From contig CAVGAF010000003.1 of the NCBI GenBank assembly GCA_963627055.1, forward strand, positions 5,177 to 69,176: DNA of 64,000 bases, written 5' to 3'. The position numbers and the translations under genes were made by a program. Under the pieces are notes generated by a model. It did no database searches and was not told where the DNA came from. It saw only the letters and a list, made by a program, of their open reading frames with translations. Positions 18,343 through 27,644 of this stretch are shown here, one piece after another; the first letter of the stretch is position 1; every line of letters begins with the position of its first letter. The DNA comes from Butyrivibrio sp. CAG:318. Lineage in GTDB: Bacteria; Actinomycetota; Coriobacteriia; Coriobacteriales; Eggerthellaceae.

Positions 18343-19005
18343 TTACTCCTTTCCTTGCCATTCGCGATCGCGAAGCAGGTAGCACACGTGCGGGCCGTTG
18401 CCCACGTCGGTGAGGTGATAGATGTCGTCGGCGGTATAGGGCTCCACCCATTCCTTCAAGGTCGTGCGGTTGTGCAGCATGTCGTCATACGACGTCGCCT
18501 TGTCGTGGGTGGGCGCCGGCGCCTCGAAGGTGTCGATGCCCTTCTCCAGATCGCCGAAGAAGCGGGCACGCGAGCCGCATTGCGCGACGCACTGGGGAAG
18601 CTCCCCTTGGGCCGTGCGCTGTTCGCACAGGGTGCACTTCTCCACGACGCGCTCCTCCTCGTTGAGGTAACGCACGCCGTAGGGGCAGGCCATGGCGCAG
18701 AACTGGCAGCCGATGCACTTCGACTTGTCGATCTGCACGGTGCCGTCGGCCACCACGTGGCTGGCCTGCGTGGGGCACACGGCCACGCACTTGGGGTTCT
18801 CGCAGTGCTGGCACTGGATGGGCAGGAAGTACATGGTCACGTCGGGCCATGCCCCCGACTTCCCCGTGATGGGGAACGGGCCGATGCGCAGGGTTTTGAT
18901 CCAGAAGTCGCCGGGCTGCACGCCGTTGATGGTTTTGCAGGCCGTCGAGCAGGCCAGACAGCCCGTGCAACGGTTCAGGTCGGTGATGATTGCATACTTG
19001 GTCAT
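18343..19005 (-). CDS. 4Fe-4S dicluster electron-transfer subunit (DmsB/NrfC-like)
   Basis: CTGCLACSTAC, CQHCENPKCVAVCP, CIGCQFCAMACP, CTLC...CVAQC motifs. Confidence 0.92.
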   Translation of the reverse strand: MTKYAIITDLNRCTGCLACSTACKTINGVQPGDFWIKTLRIGPFPITGKSGAWPDVTMYFLPIQCQHCENPKCVAVCPTQASHVVADGTVQIDKSKCIGCQFCAMACPYGVRYLNEEERVVEKCTLCEQRTAQGELPQCVAQCGSRARFFGDLEKGIDTFEAPAPTHDKATSYDDMLHNRTTLKEWVEPYTADDIYHLTDVGNGPHVCYLLRDREWQGKE

Positions 19006-19006
19006 A

Positions 19007-22000
19007 TTAGATCACGCTCCCGGTGCCGGTATGGGTCCAAGACTCAACCTCGGGCTCGCCCTCCACACGGCTGCGCATGCCGACCTTCATCCACTTGCGC
19101 AGGCGCTCGTCGGATGCGTCATGGATGCATTCCTCGCCGGTGTAGGGGTTGCAGGGCACGGGGTTGCCGAACGGGCTGTTTTCAGCCGTTGCCTTGTAGA
19201 TGACGACCGGATAGCCGCGCATCGTATGGCAGCCGCCGACGGCGTCCTGGCCATACGGGTCGTTCAGACAGTTCACGCCGACCAGCTCGAAGCCGTGCGC
19301 GGCGTATTCGAACTCGGGGAACCACCACTGGTGGTTGGCGTTGGATACGGGCAGGTTGTTGGCGAAGGTGCCGCCGGTGGTGCGGGCCTTCACGGCGTAG
19401 TACAAATCGACGACCTCGCGGATGCGGCCCCAGGGGCTTTCGATCCACACCCAGTCGCCCTGCTCAAATCCCAGGCGCTTGGCCTCCTCGGGGTTGATCT
19501 CCACGCGCGGGACCGGCCACAGCTCGCGGCACCAGGGAAGCTGACGGTGCTCGGAGTGGAAGTAGACGGGCTGGCGAGAGCCGGTGGTCTGCAGGAAGAC
19601 GTTGTCCGGGTACTTCTTGATGGCGTCCTTGTACCACTGGTTCTGGAAGTAGTCGTCGGGAACCTGGTCGATCTTGTCGGCCTGGTACAGCTCCGGCATC
19701 AGCACCGGGGAGTCGGTCGCCTCGCGGTAGATCGGGAAGCGGTCGTCGTCGCCCTGGAAGGCGGCGATGTCGGTGTGCGCCCAGCGGGCATCGCCCTTAA
19801 AGCCGTTCTCCTTGAACTCGTTGCCGTCGTACAAGGTGCCCTCATCGCCTGCGTTGCAGATGTAGGCCTCGCAGGTCAGCGACCAGATTTCGATGAGCGA
19901 GGAAGCGGTGGCGAAGCCGGGCTTCAAGTCAACCAGCGGGAACAGGTTGAAGCCGCCCTGCTGACGACGCCAGCCCATCTCGTGGCGACGATAGGTGCCC
20001 CAGCGCTCCGGATGCCACTCGCGGCAGTCCATCCAGCCGTGCTCGGTGAACCATTCCTTGGCCTGCGCCCAGGTGGGGCCGTCCGGGAATTTCTCGGTCT
20101 TCCAGGCATCGACGTTGTCCTTCAGGATGCGGTCATGGTCGGGCCACAGGTAGGAAACCTTGCCGGCCAGCGCGTCGGTGTATTCCTGGCCGAGCGACTT
20201 GGTCCACTTGTCGATGTTGGTCTGGCTGGAAACCTTCGGCTTGAGCATGTAGTCCTCGCTCGAGCCGGTGGCCGAGAGGTCCTTCGTGTTCCACGGCACG
20301 CCCATGGCGCGGTACATCGCGCAGTTCCAGTCGGGGTCGTAGATGGTGTCGCCCGGGGCCTCGATGGCCTTGCAGCAGCAGCCGAACATGCCGCCTGCGC
20401 CCTGCGAGACGCGGGTGGAGTCGATCTCCATCCAGTGCTGGCAGGGGAAGATGACGTCGGCGTTGCCGTTGGTGGGCATGAACCACAGGTTGATCTCGGT
20501 GAAGAAGTCCATTTGGGCCATGCCGTTCCAGGCGCGCACGGTGTTGGCCATGTTCATGACGTCGCCGGACTGGCACACGCCGCCGTGGATGGCGTAGAGC
20601 GTGGGCTTGACATGCATGTCGAAGGGCTCGTCATGCAGCACGTCCTTGAGCACCTGCGCCTTTTCCCAATCCGGGTCCTGCAGGCAGCCGTCCCAGGCGG
20701 TGTTGGCGTCGCACCAGCGGGCCCAGAAGCGGTTGAGCGGGAAGCGGTCGGCGTCGACCATCGACGCCTGACGCGTGAAGATGGACTTCGGGTTGGGGTA
20801 GTACGCGGAGTTGTACATCGCGCCGCCCATGCGCTTGGCGATGATGATGGCTTCCTCGTCGGTGGGGACGTGGTTGCCGTAGCGCTCGGCAAGCGGGGAC
20901 TTCTCGTCGATGAGGTACTGCACGAAGTCCTGCATGTACTTGCCGACTTCCTGCAGGGTGTAGTCGCGGCCGTCCCACGTGATGCGCTGGTCCTCGTCGT
21001 AGGCGGAAGACTTCTGCATGTTGGAGCGGCCCGGGTTGCCGTCGAACTGGCTCTTGCACGAACCGCGGTTGCCGGCCGGCTCGTCGGAGTTGCCGGTGAT
21101 GCAGGAGAGGATCTGCAGGGTGCGGCAGTTCTGGATGGAGTTGCCGTTTTGGTCGGTGGCCAGCTGGAAGTGGACGCCGCCGTTGCCGTGGCGCGGGTCG
21201 ATGCGGGTCGTGTAGTGCTTGACGGCGGTTTCGACCTTGGACCATTCCACGCCGGTGACCTCGGTCACCTTTTCGGGCGTGTACTGGCTGGTCAGGTCAT
21301 GGAAGCCATCCCATACGGTACGGCACTTGTACTTCTTGCCGTCGATGAGCTCGACCTCGATCTCGCCGGGGAACAGCGCGGGCTTCTTCGGCAGGCCCTT
21401 CGGGTTGGTCGTGGCGCCCTTCTCGTTGCCCGCATCCCAGTAGGAGTCGTAAGCGGCGTCGGCCGGGTCTGCCCAGGTGGACTCGTCGGGCAGCCAGCAG
21501 TCGGCGATGAGGCCCGTTAGGGGATGCTTGATGAAGCTGCCGGTGGTCGGGATCTTCGACGTTTCGCCCTCCCACTTGCAAACTTGGGAATCCCACCAGG
21601 TCAGACGCTGGTTGTTCTCGTCCCACACCATGAAGCGGTGGACCGAGCCGCCTTCCTTGATATCTGCCTCGGTGATGATCTTCGTGCGCATGTCGATGCC
21701 GCCGTTGCCTTCCCAGCGACGCGCCGTGGTCAGCCACGGTTTATCGTCGCAGTACAGGAAGGTGGCGTTCGACCAGCGGCGAACCATCGTGTCGTCGTAG
21801 GCCTCGTTTTCGATGATCCAGTTGATCATGCCCAAGGCCAGCGCGCCGTCGGTGGAGGGGCGCAGGTTCAGCCAGCAGTCGGCTTCCTTCGAAATCGGCG
21901 TCATGCGCGGATCGACGACGATATGGTAGTCGGCGTGCGCGCGCACGTCGGAGATGGTGCGGTTGGTGGTGTCGTAGTTGGAATACTCGACCGCGGTGCC

Positions 22001-22645
22001 CCACTGCAGGTACACTTTCGGCTCGGCCTCGACTTCCATCCACGGCGAGCCCATTTCGTCGGTCATGATGCCGGCCCAGTGGCGCGGGCCCTTGCACACC
22101 TGGTAGGCCAGATGAGCGTTCGGCGTGCCGAAGAGTTGCTTCATGCCCTGGTAGGGGCCAAGCGACCACACGCGGGAGGTGCCGCACATGACGATGATGG
22201 ACTGTCCGCCGTACTTGTCGACGCACTCGCCTAAGCCCTTGCCGACGAGCTCGAAGGCCTCGTCGAGCGTGATGCGCACCCAGCCGGGGTCGGCGACGCC
22301 CTTCGGGTTCGTGCGCTTGACGGGGTAGCGCAGGCGGTCGGGATGGTAGGCGGCCTGCATGGACGACTGCGACTTCGCGCAGCAATGGCCACGGGACTGC
22401 GGGGCGCTCTCGTCGCCCTCGACCTTGATGGCTTTGCCGTCCTGGACGGTGACCCACACGCCGCATTCGACCTTGCCGCAGGCGCGGCAGCAGGTGCGGA
22501 CATGCTTGATCTCGCCCGTCGTGGTGGTGGTCGTCTCGGCAAGGGCCTTCATGGGAGCGGTCACCGAAGCGCTGACGGCGCAAGCGGCGCCGCAAGCCGC
22601 GGCGGCAGCGATGAAGCTGCGACGTGACATGGTTAGCTGTGCCAT
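19007..22645 (-). CDS. Tat-exported bis-MGD molybdopterin oxidoreductase catalytic subunit (DMSO reductase superfamily; Eggerthellaceae catechol-dehydroxylase-like)
   Basis: Tat motif SRRSFIAA; Fe-S motif CCRACGKVEC...HCC; YHPDRLRYP; VCKGPR candidate Mo-ligand Cys; C-terminal TTGSRQPVYFHSEHRQ, VEINP; start ATG 22645 after AAAGGTGA. Confidence 0.9.
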   Translation of the reverse strand: MAQLTMSRRSFIAAAAACGAACAVSASVTAPMKALAETTTTTTGEIKHVRTCCRACGKVECGVWVTVQDGKAIKVEGDESAPQSRGHCCAKSQSSMQAAYHPDRLRYPVKRTNPKGVADPGWVRITLDEAFELVGKGLGECVDKYGGQSIIVMCGTSRVWSLGPYQGMKQLFGTPNAHLAYQVCKGPRHWAGIMTDEMGSPWMEVEAEPKVYLQWGTAVEYSNYDTTNRTISDVRAHADYHIVVDPRMTPISKEADCWLNLRPSTDGALALGMINWIIENEAYDDTMVRRWSNATFLYCDDKPWLTTARRWEGNGGIDMRTKIITEADIKEGGSVHRFMVWDENNQRLTWWDSQVCKWEGETSKIPTTGSFIKHPLTGLIADCWLPDESTWADPADAAYDSYWDAGNEKGATTNPKGLPKKPALFPGEIEVELIDGKKYKCRTVWDGFHDLTSQYTPEKVTEVTGVEWSKVETAVKHYTTRIDPRHGNGGVHFQLATDQNGNSIQNCRTLQILSCITGNSDEPAGNRGSCKSQFDGNPGRSNMQKSSAYDEDQRITWDGRDYTLQEVGKYMQDFVQYLIDEKSPLAERYGNHVPTDEEAIIIAKRMGGAMYNSAYYPNPKSIFTRQASMVDADRFPLNRFWARWCDANTAWDGCLQDPDWEKAQVLKDVLHDEPFDMHVKPTLYAIHGGVCQSGDVMNMANTVRAWNGMAQMDFFTEINLWFMPTNGNADVIFPCQHWMEIDSTRVSQGAGGMFGCCCKAIEAPGDTIYDPDWNCAMYRAMGVPWNTKDLSATGSSEDYMLKPKVSSQTNIDKWTKSLGQEYTDALAGKVSYLWPDHDRILKDNVDAWKTEKFPDGPTWAQAKEWFTEHGWMDCREWHPERWGTYRRHEMGWRRQQGGFNLFPLVDLKPGFATASSLIEIWSLTCEAYICNAGDEGTLYDGNEFKENGFKGDARWAHTDIAAFQGDDDRFPIYREATDSPVLMPELYQADKIDQVPDDYFQNQWYKDAIKKYPDNVFLQTTGSRQPVYFHSEHRQLPWCRELWPVPRVEINPEEAKRLGFEQGDWVWIESPWGRIREVVDLYYAVKARTTGGTFANNLPVSNANHQWWFPEFEYAAHGFELVGVNCLNDPYGQDAVGGCHTMRGYPVVIYKATAENSPFGNPVPCNPYTGEECIHDASDERLRKWMKVGMRSRVEGEPEVESWTHTGTGSVI

Positions 22646-23055
22646 GAATTCACCTTTCCTTTCTAAACGGTTTTGCAAACTTTTCGTTTCTGCATCTGGA
22701 TTCGGACGCGGCCTGAAAATTTCCCCTTGCTTCACCCCTCCTTAAAGATGCACTCGTCTTCAAAAAGGCCGCTTGTCCGCCTGCTTGCAGCCTATTCCCC
22801 AAGGCGCGCGCCCTCTTAATAGGGTTGCTATTATTTCGTTTCTCATTTGGTTGAAAGTGTCCGGGCGAGGCATCATATGCATCATATTATTTTCTGGAAA
22901 ACGCCTGTTCAGACGCTTGGCGTATGATGCGCGGCGCGATGATTTCCAGCCTTGCGCGCCGGGTGTGCTATCATTTTCAACTACAAACGAGGGGCGAGTT
23001 TTCGCGCAGCTGGGGGCCATTGCGTGTTGCTTGATGCACATCATTGGGGGGATAC

Positions 23056-24879
23056 ATGAAACTGCCGCACGTTACCATCGAATACCGCGACGAGGAGTCG
23101 GCCGGCGTCGGCAAGATCTCGCCGTCGCTCATCGTCGGCTTCGGCCTGCATTGGGCTTGGATCTTCTCGGCGGTGTTCAGTTCGAACCTTATTTTCCCAT
23201 TTTGGTGGCCCGCCGCCTCTTCGGCGGTGATGATCGGGTCCATGGTGTTCATGGCGGCCACGCTTCTGTGCTACTCGCTTTTCTTCAAGCACGTTCGCCC
23301 GCTGTTCCAGACAATGGGCGATCGGCGTCGCGTGCGCCTGTTCGGGGCGAGCTTGGCTTCAGCGGGGACGCTCGCGGTTGCGCTCGGTGCGGCCGCAACA
23401 CCCCATGCCGTTTGCCTGATCGTCGTCCTTTTCGGCGGGGTTCTCACGGGTGTCGGCACTGCGGTGCTGCTCATGAGCTATGGCGTGTCGTTTTCCGTAT
23501 GCGACACGGCTGCGGCCGCCATGCAGTTCGCCCTGTCCATGGTGGTCGCCTGCTCGGCGTATGCGTTCATTTTGGTGGTTGATACGTTCGCGCATCCAGT
23601 GGGCATGATTTTGTGCATCGTCGTGCCGTGGCTCGAGCTTCTGTGCCTGAATTTGTGCTCCAAGCAGCTTGTGGACCGCACGGAGTTCACGGCGAGCATG
23701 ATGCCCGTGCGTGCGGGGCAGTTCACCTTGTATGTCGCGCCGTCCGCCTTCGCCTTCGGCCTGCTCTTCGGCTTTTTGGGCATCCATGCGTTTCGCGACG
23801 TGGCCGACCTTGCGCTGTCCCCGGGGGCGTTTATCACGGCGGTCGTGGCCGGCGGCGTTTTGGTGTGCCTGCTCGTGGTATGCGTGATGCTCACCCAGCG
23901 CCAGCAGGCGAATTACGCCTTCCGCACGTTGAATCCCATCATCGCCCTCGTCATCGCCGTGGTCGCCTATCTCGTGCCCGAGGGCTCCACCATGACGGTC
24001 CACTGCCTGTTCTTGGTTTCCTACATGCTTATCGAGGCGAGTCTGTGGATATCGTTTTCCGACATGTCGCAGAAGTTCCGCATCAGCCCGTTTCGCGTCT
24101 TCGGCGTCGGGCGCGGTTTCCTTGCTGCAGGCGCGGTCGTCTCCACCGTGCTCATGTTGCCGGGAAGCCCCCTTGCCGCTGCGCTGAACAGCACGGATTC
24201 CATCCTGCCCATCGCGCTGGTGTTGCTCGTGTTCGCCACCAGCAGCTACCCGCGCGACCCCGAGATCATCCGCGTGCTCGTGCGCGGGCACGTCTGCCCC
24301 GCGTTCTTCGACCCGCTCGATATCATGAATCCCTCGACAAAGGTCGTCGCGGCGGCCGCCTGGGAAGTTGAATCCACCGCGGCTGCGCGCGGCGCGGCAG
24401 GTGGGGAATCTGTTGGCGAGAAGGGTACCGCCGGCGACGTCGGTGTTGGGGCTGCCGAGGTTGCCGGCGCGGGCGAAAAGCCTGTGGTCGGCTGTGCTGC
24501 GGATGACTCCGGGGCCGCCCCGGCTTGCGCCCCCGATGCCCCCGGCGTGCCTGGTGCCTCCGGCGCGCCCGACGGTGCCGGCAAGGTTAAGGCCGCCGTC
24601 GGCGCGGAGGACGGCGAGCAGGATGAGCAGCGTATCGGGCGTTACAAGCGCCGCTGCTTGGCGCTTGCCGACATGTGCCTGCTCTCGCGCCGCGAAACCG
24701 AGGTGCTGTTCCTTTTGGCCAAGGGGTACAACACCAAGATGATCCAGGAGCAGCTCTACATTTCGGCCGGCACGGCCAACACGCATATGCGCCATGTCTA
24801 CCGCAAGCTCGACGTGCATTCCCAGCAGGACCTCATCCGCATGGTCGATTCCATCGAGGTAGCCGACGAGCAGTGGTGA
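23056..24879 (+). CDS. Membrane-bound (multi-TM) LuxR-family one-component transcriptional regulator
   Basis: About 12 hydrophobic segments followed by LSRRETEVLFLLAKG...LYISAGTANTHMRHVYRKLDVHSQQDL HTH; divergent from the Mo enzyme. Confidence 0.9.
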   Translation: MKLPHVTIEYRDEESAGVGKISPSLIVGFGLHWAWIFSAVFSSNLIFPFWWPAASSAVMIGSMVFMAATLLCYSLFFKHVRPLFQTMGDRRRVRLFGASLASAGTLAVALGAAATPHAVCLIVVLFGGVLTGVGTAVLLMSYGVSFSVCDTAAAAMQFALSMVVACSAYAFILVVDTFAHPVGMILCIVVPWLELLCLNLCSKQLVDRTEFTASMMPVRAGQFTLYVAPSAFAFGLLFGFLGIHAFRDVADLALSPGAFITAVVAGGVLVCLLVVCVMLTQRQQANYAFRTLNPIIALVIAVVAYLVPEGSTMTVHCLFLVSYMLIEASLWISFSDMSQKFRISPFRVFGVGRGFLAAGAVVSTVLMLPGSPLAAALNSTDSILPIALVLLVFATSSYPRDPEIIRVLVRGHVCPAFFDPLDIMNPSTKVVAAAAWEVESTAAARGAAGGESVGEKGTAGDVGVGAAEVAGAGEKPVVGCAADDSGAAPACAPDAPGVPGASGAPDGAGKVKAAVGAEDGEQDEQRIGRYKRRCLALADMCLLSRRETEVLFLLAKGYNTKMIQEQLYISAGTANTHMRHVYRKLDVHSQQDLIRMVDSIEVADEQW

Positions 24880-24882
24880 GGA

Positions 24883-24915
24883 GGCGAAGGGCCCCGCAGC
24901 GCGGGGCCCTTCGCC
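24883..24915. terminator. Hairpin between the convergent luxR and trigger-factor-like genes
   Basis: 15-bp perfect stem GGCGAAGGGCCCCGC / GCGGGGCCCTTCGCC with a 3-nt loop; weak U-tract. Confidence 0.65.
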
Positions 24916-24962
24916 GGCTTATTCATTCCCGTCGACTGGCGGGAGCTTTTCGCGGGTCGTCT

Positions 24963-26249
24963 CTATTCGAACACGGCGGTTTCCATGAGCCAGGCGTGCG
25001 CGCATTGGCGGCGCGCCATGGTCTGCACGATGAACCAGGCGTCGTTGGCCTGGAAGTCGGCCTTCGCTTCCTGCGCATGCCCCGGCGCCAGCTCCTCGAG
25101 CGCGCGGGCGATGTCGTCATCGTCGAGCTCCATGCCCAGATGCTCGAACAGCGCATCGAGCGCCAGCCCCTGGCGAAGCGACTCGCGGGCCTGCATCATC
25201 ACCTGCATCCCCAGCTGCTGGGTGTCCATCCCGTTTGCGGCGGCGAACTGTTCAAGCGTCATGTCCTGCGCGGCGGCGTTTTGGCGCATGGCCTCGGTCA
25301 TGTCGGCCGCCGCGCGCTCGACGAGCGCGTCGGGGATGGCGGCGAGCAGGCGGCTGCCCAGCTCCTCGTCGGCCAGCTCCTCACGCTGGCGCACTCCGGC
25401 TTCGCCGTCTTTCGACCTTAGGTAGGCGGCGACGCGCGCACGGAATTCCTCGACGGTCTTGTCGTCCTCAGACAGGCGCGTGCGCACGAATTCGTCGGTC
25501 AACTCCGGCACGATGCGGCGACGTTTGTCCACCAAATCGACTGCGACCTGGTAATGGACCACTTCTCCGGTGCTTTCCAGGTTGTCGAAGGAAAATTCGC
25601 GATGCTCGCCGACGTTCATGCCGACGACGCCGTTGACAAAACCAGCCGGCATGAGGTCGCCCGAAAGCACGATGGCCAACCCGTCTCCGGAAAGCCCCAT
25701 TTCAGGGGCGCCGTTTGCCAGGGTGGAGAGGTTGACCTGCAGGCAGTCTCCCTCGCTTGCGGGCCCTTCTGCCTCCTCGTAGGTGGCGAAACGGTTCATC
25801 TCCTTGGCGACCTGCGCGTTAATCTGTTCCTCGGTCACCTCGGCGGCAGGCACGTGCAGGTAGACGGGCTCGTAGGAGGAAAGCTTTGCCTCCGGGCGCA
25901 CGAAGACCTCGGCATCGATAACGGCGTCGCGTTTGTCGAGCAGCCCCGGGATGGTCTTGCCCGCAGGTTCGGGGTTGTACATGATGTCGAGCGCCTGCTC
26001 GCGCACGGCGGGAAGGGCCAGGCGCAGGCAGACGTAGGAGGCCATGCACGCCTCGACCGTATCGGTTCCAAATTGGCCGCAGAGCGCCTCGTACAGGTCG
26101 GCCTCGCCAGCTTCCGTGTTCGTCCCGCGCGCCATGATCTGCAGGCTTTCGCGGGCAAGGGCGCTTTTATGCGCCCCGGTGATGGAGAAGCGCAGGCGAA
26201 CCTTAGAATCCTTTTCCATTGCATCCGTGCTGATCAGCTTGATGGACAT
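24963..26249 (-). CDS. Trigger factor paralogue (FKBP-like + C-terminal domain, divergent N-domain)
   Basis: EVTEEQINAQV, GDCLQVNL, MPAGFVNGVVGMNVGE, PELTDEFV, typical trigger factor length (428 aa); GFRxGxxP motif absent. Confidence 0.8.
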   Translation of the reverse strand: MSIKLISTDAMEKDSKVRLRFSITGAHKSALARESLQIMARGTNTEAGEADLYEALCGQFGTDTVEACMASYVCLRLALPAVREQALDIMYNPEPAGKTIPGLLDKRDAVIDAEVFVRPEAKLSSYEPVYLHVPAAEVTEEQINAQVAKEMNRFATYEEAEGPASEGDCLQVNLSTLANGAPEMGLSGDGLAIVLSGDLMPAGFVNGVVGMNVGEHREFSFDNLESTGEVVHYQVAVDLVDKRRRIVPELTDEFVRTRLSEDDKTVEEFRARVAAYLRSKDGEAGVRQREELADEELGSRLLAAIPDALVERAAADMTEAMRQNAAAQDMTLEQFAAANGMDTQQLGMQVMMQARESLRQGLALDALFEHLGMELDDDDIARALEELAPGHAQEAKADFQANDAWFIVQTMARRQCAHAWLMETAVFE

Positions 26250-26276
26250 GTGCGTCTCCTTGCGGTTTTGGGCGCC

Positions 26277-27479
26277 TTAGCGCTCGTATACCTGGTCGGT
26301 CTTGCAGAGGCTTTGCTGGATATGCCAGATGGTGTGCGCCTGCCCGCGTTTGATGGCCAGCGGCTTCATCTCGTAGGCGTCGGTGGCGCCGGCGAACATC
26401 TCGCGTGCGAACACCTCGTCGGAGATGCTGATGGCCCCTGCAGGGCATATTTTCTCACAAGTGCGGCACTTCACGCAGTCCCCGGGGTAGTGCTCCACGC
26501 CGAACGGCTCGCCCGAATCGTCGTCCTCGCCGAACTTGCGCAGCGCGCCCGTTGGGCAGAACACCGCGCACATGCGGCAGGACTGGCACGCGTCGGTGTC
26601 GATGATGACGTGCCCCCACAGCCGCGTGTCGATCATGACATCGTCAGGGTCGCCGAAGGTCGCCAGTGCGTCGAGCAGGCGCGCGCGGCGGTCGGGCAGA
26701 AAGTGGGGGAGCGTGCCGTCGGCCATGACCTTGACGTAGTTCTTCGTCTTCTGCGGGCTGAATCCCTCGCCGGTGATCTCGGCCGCGGCCGCGCCGGCCA
26801 AAACGCCGCCGATACGCGCGGCTTCACGGCCGCCCTCCTCGAAGGCGTGGCGCTTCGATTTGTCGAAATCCCCGCCGTCTTTCTTGCGCGTGCAGCCGGG
26901 AAGCTTGCCCGAGGTGCGCGCCCCCATGGGTTGCCCCCAGGCTTTAAGCAGGGTTTCCTCAGTTGCAAGCACGTCTTGCAGCATCTTCCAGCCGCTTGCG
27001 TGCTCGCAGGTGCCGCAGGCTCCGTGGACGAGCACCACGGAGGCGCCCTCGCTCTGCAAAAGCGTGAGCAGCGACTCCTCCACGCGCCCGAGGCATTCCA
27101 CGGCGACGACCGCGTCTTCGTCGTAGAGGCCGCGCACCTGCGAGAGCATCTGCGCGCAGGCGATGGTGACGGTGCCCGCGCACGCGGCCGCAGCAGCGCG
27201 GGCACGTTCGATCATCTCGGTGTCGTTGGGATGGTGCGCTTCCAAACAGCACGTGGGGCAGACGGTGGCGCATGTGCCGCAGCCGATGCACTTTTCGGGC
27301 GAGACGATAAGCTGCTCGGCCGCCTCATCGTAGCGGATGCATCCCGACGTGCACACCTGCGAGCAGCGCAGGCAGTCGGCGTGGCGGTTGCGCACGAGCG
27401 CGCAGCGGTCTTGGTGGACGGTGATATAGGGGCTGTCGACCTTTTCGATCAGCCCGAGCATGTTGGCGACGCTTGGCAT
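26277..27479 (-). CDS. Multi-cluster 4Fe-4S binding protein
   Basis: CLRCSQVC, CIGCGTCATVCP, CQSCRMCAVFCP, CVKCRTCEKICP; start ATG 27479 after GGGGGAG. Confidence 0.85.
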   Translation of the reverse strand: MPSVANMLGLIEKVDSPYITVHQDRCALVRNRHADCLRCSQVCTSGCIRYDEAAEQLIVSPEKCIGCGTCATVCPTCCLEAHHPNDTEMIERARAAAAACAGTVTIACAQMLSQVRGLYDEDAVVAVECLGRVEESLLTLLQSEGASVVLVHGACGTCEHASGWKMLQDVLATEETLLKAWGQPMGARTSGKLPGCTRKKDGGDFDKSKRHAFEEGGREAARIGGVLAGAAAAEITGEGFSPQKTKNYVKVMADGTLPHFLPDRRARLLDALATFGDPDDVMIDTRLWGHVIIDTDACQSCRMCAVFCPTGALRKFGEDDDSGEPFGVEHYPGDCVKCRTCEKICPAGAISISDEVFAREMFAGATDAYEMKPLAIKRGQAHTIWHIQQSLCKTDQVYER

Positions 27480-27644
27480 GGCTCCCCCCTTGCTTGAAAT
27501 GAGCGCATATGAGCCTTGAACTGCGCTTTTCCCTATCATAAGCGCTTTTTCGCAACCAAAATCATAGGGCTGATATTATTGTGCGCCGCTGTGTGCTCAT
27601 ATACTCCGAAACGACGAGGGGATACATTTCGAAGGAGGAGGCAT

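Noticed and set aside
18692..21520. 942-aa plus-strand ORF
   Set aside because: Antisense shadow of the Mo-enzyme and Fe-S genes; stop codons are rare on the opposite strand of high-GC genes, and it has no recognisable motifs
19007..22645. Selenocysteine recoding in the Mo enzyme or hydrogenase
   Set aside because: Both frames are continuous, with Cys codons at the ligand positions and no in-frame TGA
25554..27497. 647-aa plus-strand ORF (likewise 6925-8970, 17368-19203, 41503-43194, 52484-54154, 60950-62434)
   Set aside because: All lie antisense to well-supported genes and lack motifs or an RBS; GC-rich shadow frames
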